A stretch of DNA of 64,000 nt from an uncultured virus (IMG/VR IMGVR_UViG_3300020371_000006) (Duplodnaviria > Heunggongvirae > Uroviricota > Caudoviricetes > Kyanoviridae). Below the pieces are notes generated by a model. That model was not told where the DNA came from. It searched no databases and worked only from the letters and a program-made list of their open reading frames with translations. The translations under genes were made by a program, and so were the position numbers. This document shows positions 48,000-57,934 of this stretch, piece by piece (within the stretch, counting starts at the first letter, position 1; each line of letters starts with the position of its first letter). Where the stretch lies: IMG/VR virus record IMGVR_UViG_3300020371_000006; one strand, 5' to 3'.

Positions 48000-48330
48000 T
48001 GTTCAGGAAGCATATCCTGACCAGAACTCTTATGCACCTTTGGGGTATATGTTGACAAACCCCTATCAGATTACTATCGAAGCAACTGCTGAGATGTTGT
48101 TTGAGGAAGGTACAGAAGATACACCTCAGAAGATCAACGATCTAAACCTACAAATGTTTCCTTGGATCCCATTGTCCGAGCACAACAGAACGCTATGTGT
48201 TCTAAACAATGTAGCAACAATCTATAACCCACATCCAGAGGTTAAAAACAAATGGGAAAAATTAGCAGAGGCACAAAATGGTACCACTCAAAATAGTAAT
48301 CCTCAAGGACCACAGTCACTTGATGGGTGA
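47950..48330 (+). CDS. Hypothetical protein, possible Sm-like fold
   Basis: VKIVRMVNGEDVIADV, FPWIPLS motifs. Confidence 0.7.
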   Translation: MTVKIVRMVNGEDVIADVQEAYPDQNSYAPLGYMLTNPYQITIEATAEMLFEEGTEDTPQKINDLNLQMFPWIPLSEHNRTLCVLNNVATIYNPHPEVKNKWEKLAEAQNGTTQNSNPQGPQSLDG

Positions 48331-48514
48331 AGTCACTGAACTGGACGAGGAACCCTCGTACCTTATCAGTGGATGTAAAATGGTCACTGACGAGGGTATG
48401 TCAAACTACCCAAAGTACACTGACCAACGGGATATTTTCTTGACTTCCGACGTGATTCTTACTATAGTAGATCCGTCTGAAGAGACCATTACCAACTACA
48501 AGAAGGCACTTTGA
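48278..48514 (+). CDS. Hypothetical protein upstream of g43
   Basis: LKIVILKD..LMGEV, ILTIVDP; stop overlaps the g43 TTG. Confidence 0.65.
   Translation: MVPLKIVILKDHSHLMGEVTELDEEPSYLISGCKMVTDEGMSNYPKYTDQRDIFLTSDVILTIVDPSEETITNYKKAL
48440..48468 (+). promoter_or_regulatory. sigma70-type promoter for g43
   Basis: TTGACT, 17 nt, TATAGT inside the upstream CDS. Confidence 0.6.
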
Positions 48515-50994
48515 GTTCAATCTATACTAACGTCACGTTGCTCGGTGATACCATTCTCTGCCGTGGGTATGAGAATGGTCAGCAGATCTCATTCCGAGAG
48601 GTTATCAAACCAACTTTGTTTGTGCCATCTCAGAAGGGCGACTGGAGGTCAGTAGACGGACAGAAGATGTCCCCTGTGGTACAAGATGGTGCTCGTCGTG
48701 CTCGTGAGTTTATCGCGAAGTACAAGGACGTGGATGGGTTTGAGGTTCACGGTTACGAGCGATTCGTATACCAGTGGATCAGTGAGAAGTATCCTGAGCG
48801 GATGAAGTTCAACCTCCGCACGATGAAGATCTACACGATTGACATTGAGGTTGAATGCGAAAACGGTTTCCCCGATACTGAAGCAGCAGCAGAGAAACTG
48901 CTGTTGATTACTGTCAAGGATCTGTCCTCTGGCAAGTTCATCACTTGGGGAACCCGTGAGGCAAAGATCGATACTGAGTATCGCTGCTTCTGGACGGAGC
49001 AGGAGATGCTTACAGATTTCCATAAATGGTGGGTGGACAACACACCCGATATTGTCACGGGTTGGAACTGCAACCTGTACGACATCCCGTACATCTGTCG
49101 CCGCATTGAGCGTGTGATGGGTGAGAAGTGGATGAAGAGTTTGTCTCCTTGGGGCAAAGTCAATATGCGTGAGGTCTATATCCAAGGTCGTAGGAATCTG
49201 GCATACGAGATTGTCGGTGTCAGCATCCTGGACTATCTTGATCTGTACAAGAAGTTTACTTATACCAATCAAGAATCCTATCGACTGGATCACATTGCCA
49301 ACGTTGAACTGGGTCAGAAGAAACTGGACCACAGTGAGTTTGAAAACTTCAAGGCATTCTATACAAATGACTGGCAGAAGTTTGTTGAATACAACGTAGT
49401 TGACGTTGAACTGGTAGATCGTCTTGAGAAGAAAATGAAACTTCTCGAACTTGCTGTCACTATGGCATACGATGCCAAGGTGAACTTTGAAGATGTGTAC
49501 TCACAGGTGCGTATGTGGGACACTCTTATCTACAACTATCTTAAGGAGCGTAAGATCTGTGTCCCGCCAAAACAAGACGCACCAAGCAAGAATGACAAGT
49601 ATGCAGGAGCGTATGTCAAAGAACCTAAACCAGGTCTTTATGAATGGGTGGTTTCGTTTGACCTTAACTCTCTGTATCCTCACCTCATTATGCAGTATAA
49701 TATTTCGCCTGAAACCCTCATCGACAGGCGTCATCCCACCGCCTCTGTTGATGGATTGCTCCGTCAAGAAGTACAAATCGGGAGTGGAGATTACTGTGTG
49801 TGTGCCAACGGAGCACAATTCCGAAAGGACATTCAAGGATTCCTCCCAGAGATGATGCAGAAGATCTACGATGAACGTAAGATCTTCAAAGGAAAGATGC
49901 TTGATGCCAAGAGAGAGTTTGAAAAGACTGGTGATCCTAAATTGCAGGATGCCATCAGTGCATTCAACAACATCCAGATGGCACGTAAGATCCAACTGAA
50001 CTCTGCCTATGGTGCTATTGGCAACCAATACTTTAGGTATTACAACCTAGCGAATGCTGAAGCAATCACCCTTTCAGGGCAGGTTTCTATTCGTTGGATT
50101 GAAAACAGTATGAATGAATACCTAAATAAACTGCTACAAACAGAGAACGAAGATTATGTCATTGCATCCGACACTGACTCAATCTATATTCATCTTGGAC
50201 CTATTGTTGATAAATTTCTTAGTCATAAGTCTGGCGACAAAACAGCACTTGTGGGACTACTTGACAAGATCTGCCAAGAGAAACTCGAACCTTTTATTGA
50301 ACGTTCATATCAGGAGTTGGCGACGTACGTGCAAGCGTATGACCAGAAGATGATTATGAAGCGGGAGACCATTGCCAACAAAGGTATATGGACTGCCAAG
50401 AAACGCTACATCCTGAATGCCTGGGACATCGAAGGTGTCCGCTTCACTGAACCCAAACTGAAGATTATGGGTATTGAAGCAGTCAAATCATCAACACCTG
50501 CTGCTTGCAGGACTGCTATTAAGGATGCCCTCAAGGTGATTATGAACCAAGAGGAGTCCGATCTCCAAGATTTCGTCGCTGACTTCCGTAAGAAGTTTGA
50601 GTCACTTCCACCCGAGGATGTTGCATTCCCACGAGGTTGCAACGGTGTCAGCAAATTCTCAAATCCAGTTAGTGTGTATAGCAAGGGCACTCCTATTCAC
50701 GTTCGGGGTGCGCTACTATATAACTTCCACGTGAAGAAAAACAAACTCACCCACAAGTACCCTCTGATTCAGGAGGGAGAGAAGGTGAAGTTCCTGTATC
50801 TTCGCACCCCAAACAGGATCAATGAGAATGTTGTATCATTCTTCCAAACATTGCCTAAAGAGTTTGGACTTGACAAGTCCATCGATTACGATCTACAATT
50901 CAAGAAAAGTTTTCTTGACCCACTGCAGGTCATTCTCGATACCATCGATTGGCAAGCAGAACGTGTCGCATCCCTTATGGAGTTTTTTGTATGA
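48511..50994 (+). CDS. g43: DNA polymerase gp43 (family B)
   Basis: Exonuclease [30 protein letters not shown] motifs; TTG start. Confidence 0.98.
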   Translation: MSSIYTNVTLLGDTILCRGYENGQQISFREVIKPTLFVPSQKGDWRSVDGQKMSPVVQDGARRAREFIAKYKDVDGFEVHGYERFVYQWISEKYPERMKFNLRTMKIYTIDIEVECENGFPDTEAAAEKLLLITVKDLSSGKFITWGTREAKIDTEYRCFWTEQEMLTDFHKWWVDNTPDIVTGWNCNLYDIPYICRRIERVMGEKWMKSLSPWGKVNMREVYIQGRRNLAYEIVGVSILDYLDLYKKFTYTNQESYRLDHIANVELGQKKLDHSEFENFKAFYTNDWQKFVEYNVVDVELVDRLEKKMKLLELAVTMAYDAKVNFEDVYSQVRMWDTLIYNYLKERKICVPPKQDAPSKNDKYAGAYVKEPKPGLYEWVVSFDLNSLYPHLIMQYNISPETLIDRRHPTASVDGLLRQEVQIGSGDYCVCANGAQFRKDIQGFLPEMMQKIYDERKIFKGKMLDAKREFEKTGDPKLQDAISAFNNIQMARKIQLNSAYGAIGNQYFRYYNLANAEAITLSGQVSIRWIENSMNEYLNKLLQTENEDYVIASDTDSIYIHLGPIVDKFLSHKSGDKTALVGLLDKICQEKLEPFIERSYQELATYVQAYDQKMIMKRETIANKGIWTAKKRYILNAWDIEGVRFTEPKLKIMGIEAVKSSTPAACRTAIKDALKVIMNQEESDLQDFVADFRKKFESLPPEDVAFPRGCNGVSKFSNPVSVYSKGTPIHVRGALLYNFHVKKNKLTHKYPLIQEGEKVKFLYLRTPNRINENVVSFFQTLPKEFGLDKSIDYDLQFKKSFLDPLQVILDTIDWQAERVASLMEFFV
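50870..50899 (+). promoter_or_regulatory. Possible sigma70 promoter for uvsX
   Basis: TTGACA, 18 nt, TACAAT within the g43 3' end. Confidence 0.5.
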
Positions 50995-52007
50995 GTTTCC
51001 TCAACGACGTTGTGAAAGATATTGGCAATGAGTATGCCTCTATTGTTAGTGATGGCATTGCTGCAGGTGATGTTTCTAACTTCATTGACACTGGTTCTTA
51101 TATTTTCAATGCCCTGGTTAGTGGTTCGATTTATGGAGGTCTTCCTTCAAACAAGATCACCGCTCTTGCAGGAGAGAGCAGCACTGGAAAAACTTTTTTT
51201 ACTCTTAGTGTCGTTCGTCACTTCCTCGATACTGATCCTGATGCTGGAGTCATTTATTTTGAATCTGAGTCCGCCATTTCTAAGGCAATGATTGAGGATC
51301 GTGGTATCGATTCTAATCGTATGATTATTGTTCCTGTCACAACCGTACAGGAGTTTCGTACACAAGCACTCAACGTGCTCAAGAAGTATAAGGAACAGAA
51401 GGAAGCAGATCGCAAACCTATGATGTTTGTGCTTGACTCTTTGGGTATGCTTTCTACTACCAAAGAGGTTCAGGATTCTGCTGAAGGTAAAGAGACACGT
51501 GATATGACTCGTGCTCAAGTTGTGAAAGCAATCTTCCGTGTTTTGACTTTGGAACTCGGACGTTGTAACGTTCCGTTAATCGTCACTAACCATACATATG
51601 ATGTAGTTGGTGCGTATGTTCCTACAAAAGAAATGGGTGGTGGCAGTGGACTTAAGTATGCTGCATCCACCATCATCTTCCTTACCAAAAGTAAGGAGCG
51701 TGACTCTAAAAAAGAAATCGTAGGTAACATTATTAAATGCGAAGCGAAGAAGTCACGATTCACACAGGAGAATAGTAAAGTTGAAACACGTCTTTTTTAT
51801 GACGAGCGAGGTCTTGACAAATACTACGGCTTACTGGAACTGGGTGAGAAGTACGGAGTCTTCGAGCGTAAGGGAAATCGGGTTGTTGTTGGGGAATCTT
51901 CCGTTTTTCCTTCTGTTATTCTTGCCAATCCTGAGAAGTATTTCACGCCAGAAGTGATGCAAGCACTCGACGAGTGTGCACAAAAGGAGTTTGGTTATGG
52001 AACTTGA
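50991..52007 (+). CDS. uvsX: RecA-like recombinase UvsX
   Basis: [28 protein letters not shown] motifs; ATG at 50991. Confidence 0.96.
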   Translation: MSFLNDVVKDIGNEYASIVSDGIAAGDVSNFIDTGSYIFNALVSGSIYGGLPSNKITALAGESSTGKTFFTLSVVRHFLDTDPDAGVIYFESESAISKAMIEDRGIDSNRMIIVPVTTVQEFRTQALNVLKKYKEQKEADRKPMMFVLDSLGMLSTTKEVQDSAEGKETRDMTRAQVVKAIFRVLTLELGRCNVPLIVTNHTYDVVGAYVPTKEMGGGSGLKYAASTIIFLTKSKERDSKKEIVGNIIKCEAKKSRFTQENSKVETRLFYDERGLDKYYGLLELGEKYGVFERKGNRVVVGESSVFPSVILANPEKYFTPEVMQALDECAQKEFGYGT

Positions 52008-52575
52008 TGATCTAATCAGGTATTACGACTATTCTATTCCAGATACTGTATGTAAAAATGCGATCAGACTATTTGAAAAACTGGATGATGAAGATATTGA
52101 GGATTGGGATCGTAATGGTCGTCCACAGTTTCAACAGTTTAACCTTACCCAAAAACTAGAAGGATCTGAAGATCTTACAGCACTAGAAGATTGGGGTCTG
52201 ATCCACAATGCATTCATCGAGTCTGCACATAATTATGTACAGAAGTATATGGATGATGTTGACTGTAGACAGTTCTTCCCAGCAAGAAGCACTATTGAAC
52301 AGTTCCGTATCAAGAAGTATCGTGCTGGCACTGACGATAGATTTGATCGTCACGTTGATGTGGGTGACTACGAGTCTGCCCGTAGGTTCCTCACACTCTT
52401 CTGGTATCTAAACGATGTTGAAGAAGGTGGAGAAACTGACTTCGGTAACATTGCAATCAAACCTAAGTGTGGTAGACTACTAATCTTCCCACCAATGTGG
52501 ACCTTCCCACATTCTGGGAACCCAACTGTCTCTAACGACAAATACATCGCAGGAACTTATTGCCACTATGTCTAA
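51997..52575 (+). CDS. 2OG-Fe(II) oxygenase (HxD, prolyl-hydroxylase-like)
   Basis: [25 protein letters not shown]. Confidence 0.88.
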   Translation: MELDDLIRYYDYSIPDTVCKNAIRLFEKLDDEDIEDWDRNGRPQFQQFNLTQKLEGSEDLTALEDWGLIHNAFIESAHNYVQKYMDDVDCRQFFPARSTIEQFRIKKYRAGTDDRFDRHVDVGDYESARRFLTLFWYLNDVEEGGETDFGNIAIKPKCGRLLIFPPMWTFPHSGNPTVSNDKYIAGTYCHYV

Positions 52576-53944
52576 TTCGATTGAAGAACTGGTAGTCAAT
52601 TCACTGGTTTTCAATCAGGACTATACTCGCAAAGTTATCCCACATATTTCAGCGGATTACTTTGAGAACTATAACAACAAAGTTCTGTTTGAAGAGATCT
52701 CTTCATACCTGACTAATTATGATACGCTTCCTACAATGGATGCGTTGAGGATTGAACTTGAAGGACGCACAGATCTCAATGAATCTTCTTTCAAAGAGAT
52801 CAGCACCTTCATCGATGGTCTAGTTGAAGAACCGCACGAAGAGAACTGGTTGTGTGATACCACAGAGAAGTGGTGTCGTGATCGTGCCATCTATAATGCA
52901 CTCCTGGAATCTATTCAGATTGCTGAGGGAGATCACAAAGAGTTTGGTAGAGATGCTATCCCTAGTATCCTATCCAAGGCACTCAGTGTGAGTTTTGATA
53001 ACTCAGTTGGTCACGATTACCTTGAAGACGCTGATGATCGTTTTGCTTTCTATCATCGTATCGAAGAGAAGATTCCCTTTGACCTTGAGATGATGAACAA
53101 GGTTACCAAAGGAGGCATCTCTAAGAAGACACTCAACATTGCACTTGCTGGCACAGGTGTTGGTAAGTCATTGTTTATGTGTCACTGTGCTGCTGCTAAT
53201 CTCACAGCAGGACTCAATGTTCTCTACATCACAATGGAGATGGCAGAGGAGAAAATTGCTGAGCGTATTGATGCCAACCTTCTGAACGTTAGTGTTCAAC
53301 AACTTGAGACACTTCCTAAACCTATGTTCGACTCTAAGATCGAAAGGGTTACTAAGAAGACACAAGGTCGGTTGATCATCAAGGAATATCCAACTGCATC
53401 AGCACACGTTGGTCACTTCAAAGCACTTCTTCAGGAACTTGCTATCAAAAAGTCTTTCGTTCCTGACATCATCTATGTTGATTATCTCAACATTTGTAGT
53501 TCAAATCGATACAAGGGTGCTATTGTTAACTCATACACGTTTGTGAAAGCCATTGCTGAAGAACTACGTGGTCTTGCTGGTGAGCATAATGTTCCTATCG
53601 TGTCTGCTACGCAAACTACTAGGAGCGGTTATGGAAACTCAGATGTAGACCTGACAGATACATCCGAATCATTCGGTCTTCCTGCAACTGCTGATTTTAT
53701 GTTTGCTTTGATCTCTACAGAAGATCTTGAGGCACAGAATCAGATTATGGTCAAGCAGTTGAAGAATAGATATAACGACCCAACGATGAACAAGAGATTC
53801 GTCGTGGGTATTGACAGAGCAAAGATGAGATTGTATGATTGCAATGAGCAAGAAAATATCATCGACTCTGGTCAAGACAAGTCAGTAGAAACTACTGACA
53901 TTCTGCAAATTTCAAACACTTCATTCGACGGTTTCAAAATCTAA
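52568..53944 (+). CDS. g41: Replicative helicase gp41
   Basis: AGTGVGKS, VDYLNI, SESFGLPATAD, QLKNRY motifs. Confidence 0.97.
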   Translation: MSNSIEELVVNSLVFNQDYTRKVIPHISADYFENYNNKVLFEEISSYLTNYDTLPTMDALRIELEGRTDLNESSFKEISTFIDGLVEEPHEENWLCDTTEKWCRDRAIYNALLESIQIAEGDHKEFGRDAIPSILSKALSVSFDNSVGHDYLEDADDRFAFYHRIEEKIPFDLEMMNKVTKGGISKKTLNIALAGTGVGKSLFMCHCAAANLTAGLNVLYITMEMAEEKIAERIDANLLNVSVQQLETLPKPMFDSKIERVTKKTQGRLIIKEYPTASAHVGHFKALLQELAIKKSFVPDIIYVDYLNICSSNRYKGAIVNSYTFVKAIAEELRGLAGEHNVPIVSATQTTRSGYGNSDVDLTDTSESFGLPATADFMFALISTEDLEAQNQIMVKQLKNRYNDPTMNKRFVVGIDRAKMRLYDCNEQENIIDSGQDKSVETTDILQISNTSFDGFKI

Positions 53945-53946
53945 TT

Positions 53947-54459
53947 ATGGCAAAAGCAAAAGTTGATCCTACTCCCGCAGGTTTCGGTGACGGACCTTCT
54001 ACTCCTAAGGGTAAAGCAGTAAAGGAAAAGATTGATGCCAAAGCAAAGGGTAAGTTTGAGGTTGACCTTGACGAGTACCTCAAGTTCTGTGATATGACTT
54101 GTAGTGAAGAGTCTAAAGATTTTGATGTTCTTCTGACTCGTTATGCAGAACTGCAACGATCTGGTTGTAAGATTCAGCGACTTGATACTGCTGCGTCTGG
54201 TCTCGTTGCTGAGGCAGGTGAGTTTATGGAGATCGTCAAGAAACTCAAGTTCCAAGGCAAACCCTATGACAATGCTAACAAGGAACACCTCATCGTTGAA
54301 CTGGGTGATGTGATGTGGTATGCTGCACAAGCGTGTATGGCACTTGGTGTTCGTATGGAAGAAGTCATCTATCGTAACACCGTTAAACTTGCAACGCGCT
54401 ATCCTGAAGGAGAGTTCACTGTTGAACGCTCTGAAAACCGTGCCGAAGGCGACATCTAA
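53947..54459 (+). CDS. mazG: MazG-like nucleotide pyrophosphohydrolase
   Basis: GLVAEAGEFMEIVKK, ELGDVMWY, KLATRYP motifs. Confidence 0.93.
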   Translation: MAKAKVDPTPAGFGDGPSTPKGKAVKEKIDAKAKGKFEVDLDEYLKFCDMTCSEESKDFDVLLTRYAELQRSGCKIQRLDTAASGLVAEAGEFMEIVKKLKFQGKPYDNANKEHLIVELGDVMWYAAQACMALGVRMEEVIYRNTVKLATRYPEGEFTVERSENRAEGDI

Positions 54460-54986
54460 TGAACATTTTCGTAACCCATCCAGACCCACGTATCTCTGCT
54501 CAAGTTCTACCTGACAAACACGTGGTCAAGATGCCATTGGAATGCTGTCAAATGCTTGCAATCATCTATTCTGGATGGTATTACGACTGGGAACCATTAC
54601 CAAAAAAAGACGGTGGTTACTACGCAACTGCAAAAGGTGCGTTCCGTAACCACCCTTGTACTAAATGGGCAGGTAAAAATATCTACAACACTGCCTGGTT
54701 GATCCAACACGGATGCTGTCTCAGTAGTGAGTATGAACATCGTTATGGTAAGCAACACTCCTGTGCTTCCACTCTATTCCACGCAAAAAAAGTTTTCCAT
54801 AGACGTACTGGAAAAGCAATCGTGTGCTATAGTATGGCGGAAGAGTTCGCAAGGGCAATGCCCGATGTGTACAAGTTTGACAAAACCATCTCAACCTATG
54901 ATGCATACAAACAATACATTGCATCAAAACCCTGGGTAAAAACAAACTATCTTCGCAAACCTGATCGTAAACCAGACTGGATTTAA
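54459..54986 (+). CDS. Pyrimidine-dimer DNA glycosylase / endonuclease V-like protein
   Basis: MNIFVT..DKHVVKMPLE, HPCTKW, EYEHRYGKQH motifs. Confidence 0.75.
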   Translation: MNIFVTHPDPRISAQVLPDKHVVKMPLECCQMLAIIYSGWYYDWEPLPKKDGGYYATAKGAFRNHPCTKWAGKNIYNTAWLIQHGCCLSSEYEHRYGKQHSCASTLFHAKKVFHRRTGKAIVCYSMAEEFARAMPDVYKFDKTISTYDAYKQYIASKPWVKTNYLRKPDRKPDWI

Positions 54987-54988
54987 TT

Positions 54989-55189
54989 ATGGCACTGTCC
55001 GAAAGCGTGACCAACTCATTGAAAGAGGCAGAACTATCACTAAGAAACGCACTCGCATTCGCTGCTCGCCAAGAACGTCCATACGTGGGACACAAGATCT
55101 CTGAACTCATCGTCGGTATTGACAATCTTCAGGACATCGACATTATGCTAGATACTCTTGAAGAGGCAGCAGAAGCAGAAGACGAATGA
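54989..55189 (+). CDS. Hypothetical protein
   Basis: MALSESV..LRNALAFAARQERP. Confidence 0.65.
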   Translation: MALSESVTNSLKEAELSLRNALAFAARQERPYVGHKISELIVGIDNLQDIDIMLDTLEEAAEAEDE

Positions 55190-55731
55190 CATCTTATGTT
55201 GGACGGGGTACACCCGTCTTTGAATTTATTCTTCCCGATGAATGTATTGAGGAAGCAAACCATACGATTGATAACTGGATGGAGTCTGGAAAAGAATCTC
55301 CTCAGGGGTCAAACGTTGTCGCAAGACAAACTGACTGGACATTGCCTTTACCTTTGTGTGAGGCATATGCCAGTCTTTGTTGTAAGATGATTTCAAATCT
55401 CATCTACAATGCTGGAGGTAGACTGTATGGTGGGTTGAATGATGGAACCACTGATGTTGAATATGATGTGAAAAATACCTGGGGTGCAGACTATGGACCA
55501 GGTGATTATGTAAAACCTCACTGCCACTTCCCTGCAGACTGGGCAGCAGTTGGTTACCTTAGAGTAGAAGAGGGTGCTTCTCCTATATTATTTGATGGGA
55601 ACAGTCCTTATTATGTGACAGCACGTCAGTTGCTAATCTTTGATGCTAGACTGATTCACGAAGTTCCACCAACACAAGCACACAGACGATGCTTTGCTAT
55701 GAATCTGTACAAGCGACCAGGTACCTTCTAA
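55186..55731 (+). CDS. 2OG-Fe(II) oxygenase (HxH type)
   Basis: WGADY..PHCH..LIFDARLIHEV..RRCFAMN. Confidence 0.8.
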   Translation: MTSYVGRGTPVFEFILPDECIEEANHTIDNWMESGKESPQGSNVVARQTDWTLPLPLCEAYASLCCKMISNLIYNAGGRLYGGLNDGTTDVEYDVKNTWGADYGPGDYVKPHCHFPADWAAVGYLRVEEGASPILFDGNSPYYVTARQLLIFDARLIHEVPPTQAHRRCFAMNLYKRPGTF

Positions 55732-55756
55732 ATAGTAGGTAAAAGTTTTTGGTCTT

Positions 55757-56662
55757 ATGCCTGCCAATACAGACCTAGCAGATGTAAATGAGATTTACAC
55801 TGCGTTTGCCCTCAACGAAAATAAGTTTCCTGATACTGCGTCTGAGGCACAGTACACCAAGAAACTTGCACTACTAACTGCAGATCAAGGTAGTCAGCAG
55901 ATTGGTCGTGCCGCTGTAATGGCAGAAGAATTTTTGAAGTGGGCAAGGAAAAATGGATATAGTGGTGTACAAAATGTTTATTGGACAGCACGTCCTGGGT
56001 TTTCTTTTAAGCAAGTAACTGGTACAGACGTTGACCAGAAAAAGAATCCAACTGATGTTCTAGTTAAGTTTACTAGAGGTGGATTCTTAGGTCTCTCTGC
56101 TAAGTCTACATCTGGTAAAGGTGATATTGGTTTCAAGAACCCTGGTGTTGGTACTGTAGAAAAAGATCTGGGTATTGCCCTATCAAAGTTTAATAAAGAT
56201 GCTACAGATGAAGTCGTAAAAGTTTTTAAGTTACCGACATCTGCTAGTGCTAGGAAGTCTGCTATCAGAGGAGCGAAAGCGATTCAGATGCAGACTGATA
56301 AGATGGGTTCTGAAGTTCTGAATAAGTGTAGAGACGCTATGCTTACGAAGTTGAACTCAATGGCACAGAAAGATCGCAAGGATTATATTATGAGGGGTTG
56401 GATTGATGCTAGTACAGAACTATTCCCTCCCTATGTTAAGGTAACTGGTAAAGGTAGGAAGGCACCATTCACTGCTGAAGTGGAGGATCCTCTCAACAAC
56501 CCTAAACTGGAAGCGATTATGACTGAAAAGATTGGGTTTGAGAAAGTTGGTAACGATTCTATTGGTGTCAAGGCAGGATCAAAGAAGATCCTGAAGATGA
56601 GATTCAAGTACGAGTCTGAGAAACTTGCCAGCAGTCTGAAGATGTCAGGGGACCCTTGGTAA
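55757..56662 (+). CDS. Putative PD-(D/E)XK restriction-endonuclease-like nuclease
   Basis: N-terminal NE helix, PTDVLV..GLSAK pattern; CTAAATA at 55728. Confidence 0.5.
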   Translation: MPANTDLADVNEIYTAFALNENKFPDTASEAQYTKKLALLTADQGSQQIGRAAVMAEEFLKWARKNGYSGVQNVYWTARPGFSFKQVTGTDVDQKKNPTDVLVKFTRGGFLGLSAKSTSGKGDIGFKNPGVGTVEKDLGIALSKFNKDATDEVVKVFKLPTSASARKSAIRGAKAIQMQTDKMGSEVLNKCRDAMLTKLNSMAQKDRKDYIMRGWIDASTELFPPYVKVTGKGRKAPFTAEVEDPLNNPKLEAIMTEKIGFEKVGNDSIGVKAGSKKILKMRFKYESEKLASSLKMSGDPW

Positions 56663-56705
56663 ACTGTCCACTCTACGGGGACAGTCATCCATCACGCGCT
56701 ATAAT
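56650..56705 (+). promoter_or_regulatory. Palindrome plus -10 promoter motif (copy 3)
   Basis: GGACCCTT-GGTA-AACTGTCC then TATAAT at 56700. Confidence 0.6.
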
Positions 56706-56711
56706 TAGGAT

Positions 56712-57905
56712 ATGGCAAAGCAGAACACTCACCTAGAACACTTAGAAGACGACATCCTGAACCAAGGTTCAAATGGAGGCAGGAACGCTATTGCATTCCT
56801 CCGTGAACTTGGCAAGATGCTGTCTGAACCTGACTCTGGTATCCGTATTACTACCAAGTGGGATGGTGCACCCGCTGTTATCTGTGGTCAGCATCCTGAG
56901 ACTAAAGATTTTTTTGTTGGCACCAAGGGTGTATTTGCTAAGACTCCCAAGATCTGTATGAGTGATAAGGATGTTGACCTTCTCTACAGTGGTGAACTGG
57001 CAAACAAACTCAAGACTTGTCTTCGTGAACTTCCCAAACTAGGTATCACTGGTGTGGTACAGGGAGATCTTCTGTTCACTAAAGGTGATGTGAAAACTCA
57101 CAAGGTGAATGGTGAAGTGTGTAATATCTTCCAACCAAACACTATCACCTATGCTGTTCCCCAGAAGAGTGAAATAGGTAAGAAGGTTGCAAACGCTAAT
57201 ATCGGTATTGTTTTTCACACTCGTTATACTGGTGGTCCTGAACTGCGTGATATGACTGCTAGTTTTGGTGTTAATGTTAATGCTTTCAAGAAAGTGAATA
57301 GCGTTGCTGTGTTCTCTTCTAACTTCACTGATACTACTGGAGCATCTACCTTCACTGATAAGCAGAAGCGTGACTATGATGCTGCTGTAAACAAAGCAGA
57401 AGGTTCTCTCAAGCAGGCATCCAAGTTCCTGGATGTTCTTAAGCAGACTGGAGATGGTAAGTTCCTGCTGTCTGCTATGTTCAAAGTGTACTTCAACACC
57501 TACATCCGCAGAGGTGTGTCGATGAGTTCCGCGCAGCAAGTTGCTCTTGGGTTTGCTGCATACTATAAGTCTGCACTGGACAAAGAGATCTCTACTAAGA
57601 AGACTGAGAGCACTAAGAACAAGTATCGTAAGATCCAATCTGACGGTCTTAAGTTCATCAAGGCAAATTCTAAAGCGATATATATGACTGTTGCTTCATA
57701 TATGAACTTAACCCAAGCGAAGACTATGGTCATCCGCAGGTTGGAAGCAGTCAAAGATATTGGAACTTATATCAAAACAGATAAAGGTTTCAGAGTGACT
57801 GCACCAGAAGGTTTTGTAGCGATCAAATCAGGTTCTGCCCTAAAACTTGTTGATCGTTTGGAGTTCTCCCGCGCTAATTTCACGGTAGAGAAGAATTGGG
57901 GCTAA
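56712..57905 (+). CDS. Conserved phage protein with ligase-like nucleotidyltransferase motifs
   Basis: HLEHLED; TKWDGAP (KxDG), QGDLLF, PEGFVA, KLVDR. Confidence 0.65.
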   Translation: MAKQNTHLEHLEDDILNQGSNGGRNAIAFLRELGKMLSEPDSGIRITTKWDGAPAVICGQHPETKDFFVGTKGVFAKTPKICMSDKDVDLLYSGELANKLKTCLRELPKLGITGVVQGDLLFTKGDVKTHKVNGEVCNIFQPNTITYAVPQKSEIGKKVANANIGIVFHTRYTGGPELRDMTASFGVNVNAFKKVNSVAVFSSNFTDTTGASTFTDKQKRDYDAAVNKAEGSLKQASKFLDVLKQTGDGKFLLSAMFKVYFNTYIRRGVSMSSAQQVALGFAAYYKSALDKEISTKKTESTKNKYRKIQSDGLKFIKANSKAIYMTVASYMNLTQAKTMVIRRLEAVKDIGTYIKTDKGFRVTAPEGFVAIKSGSALKLVDRLEFSRANFTVEKNWG

Positions 57906-57934
57906 TAAATATATAAGGAAACACGCATACTATA

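Noticed and set aside
14711..53944. Introns or inteins in g17, g20, g23, g43 and g41
   Set aside because: All are uninterrupted and of ordinary length, with no splicing motifs seen.
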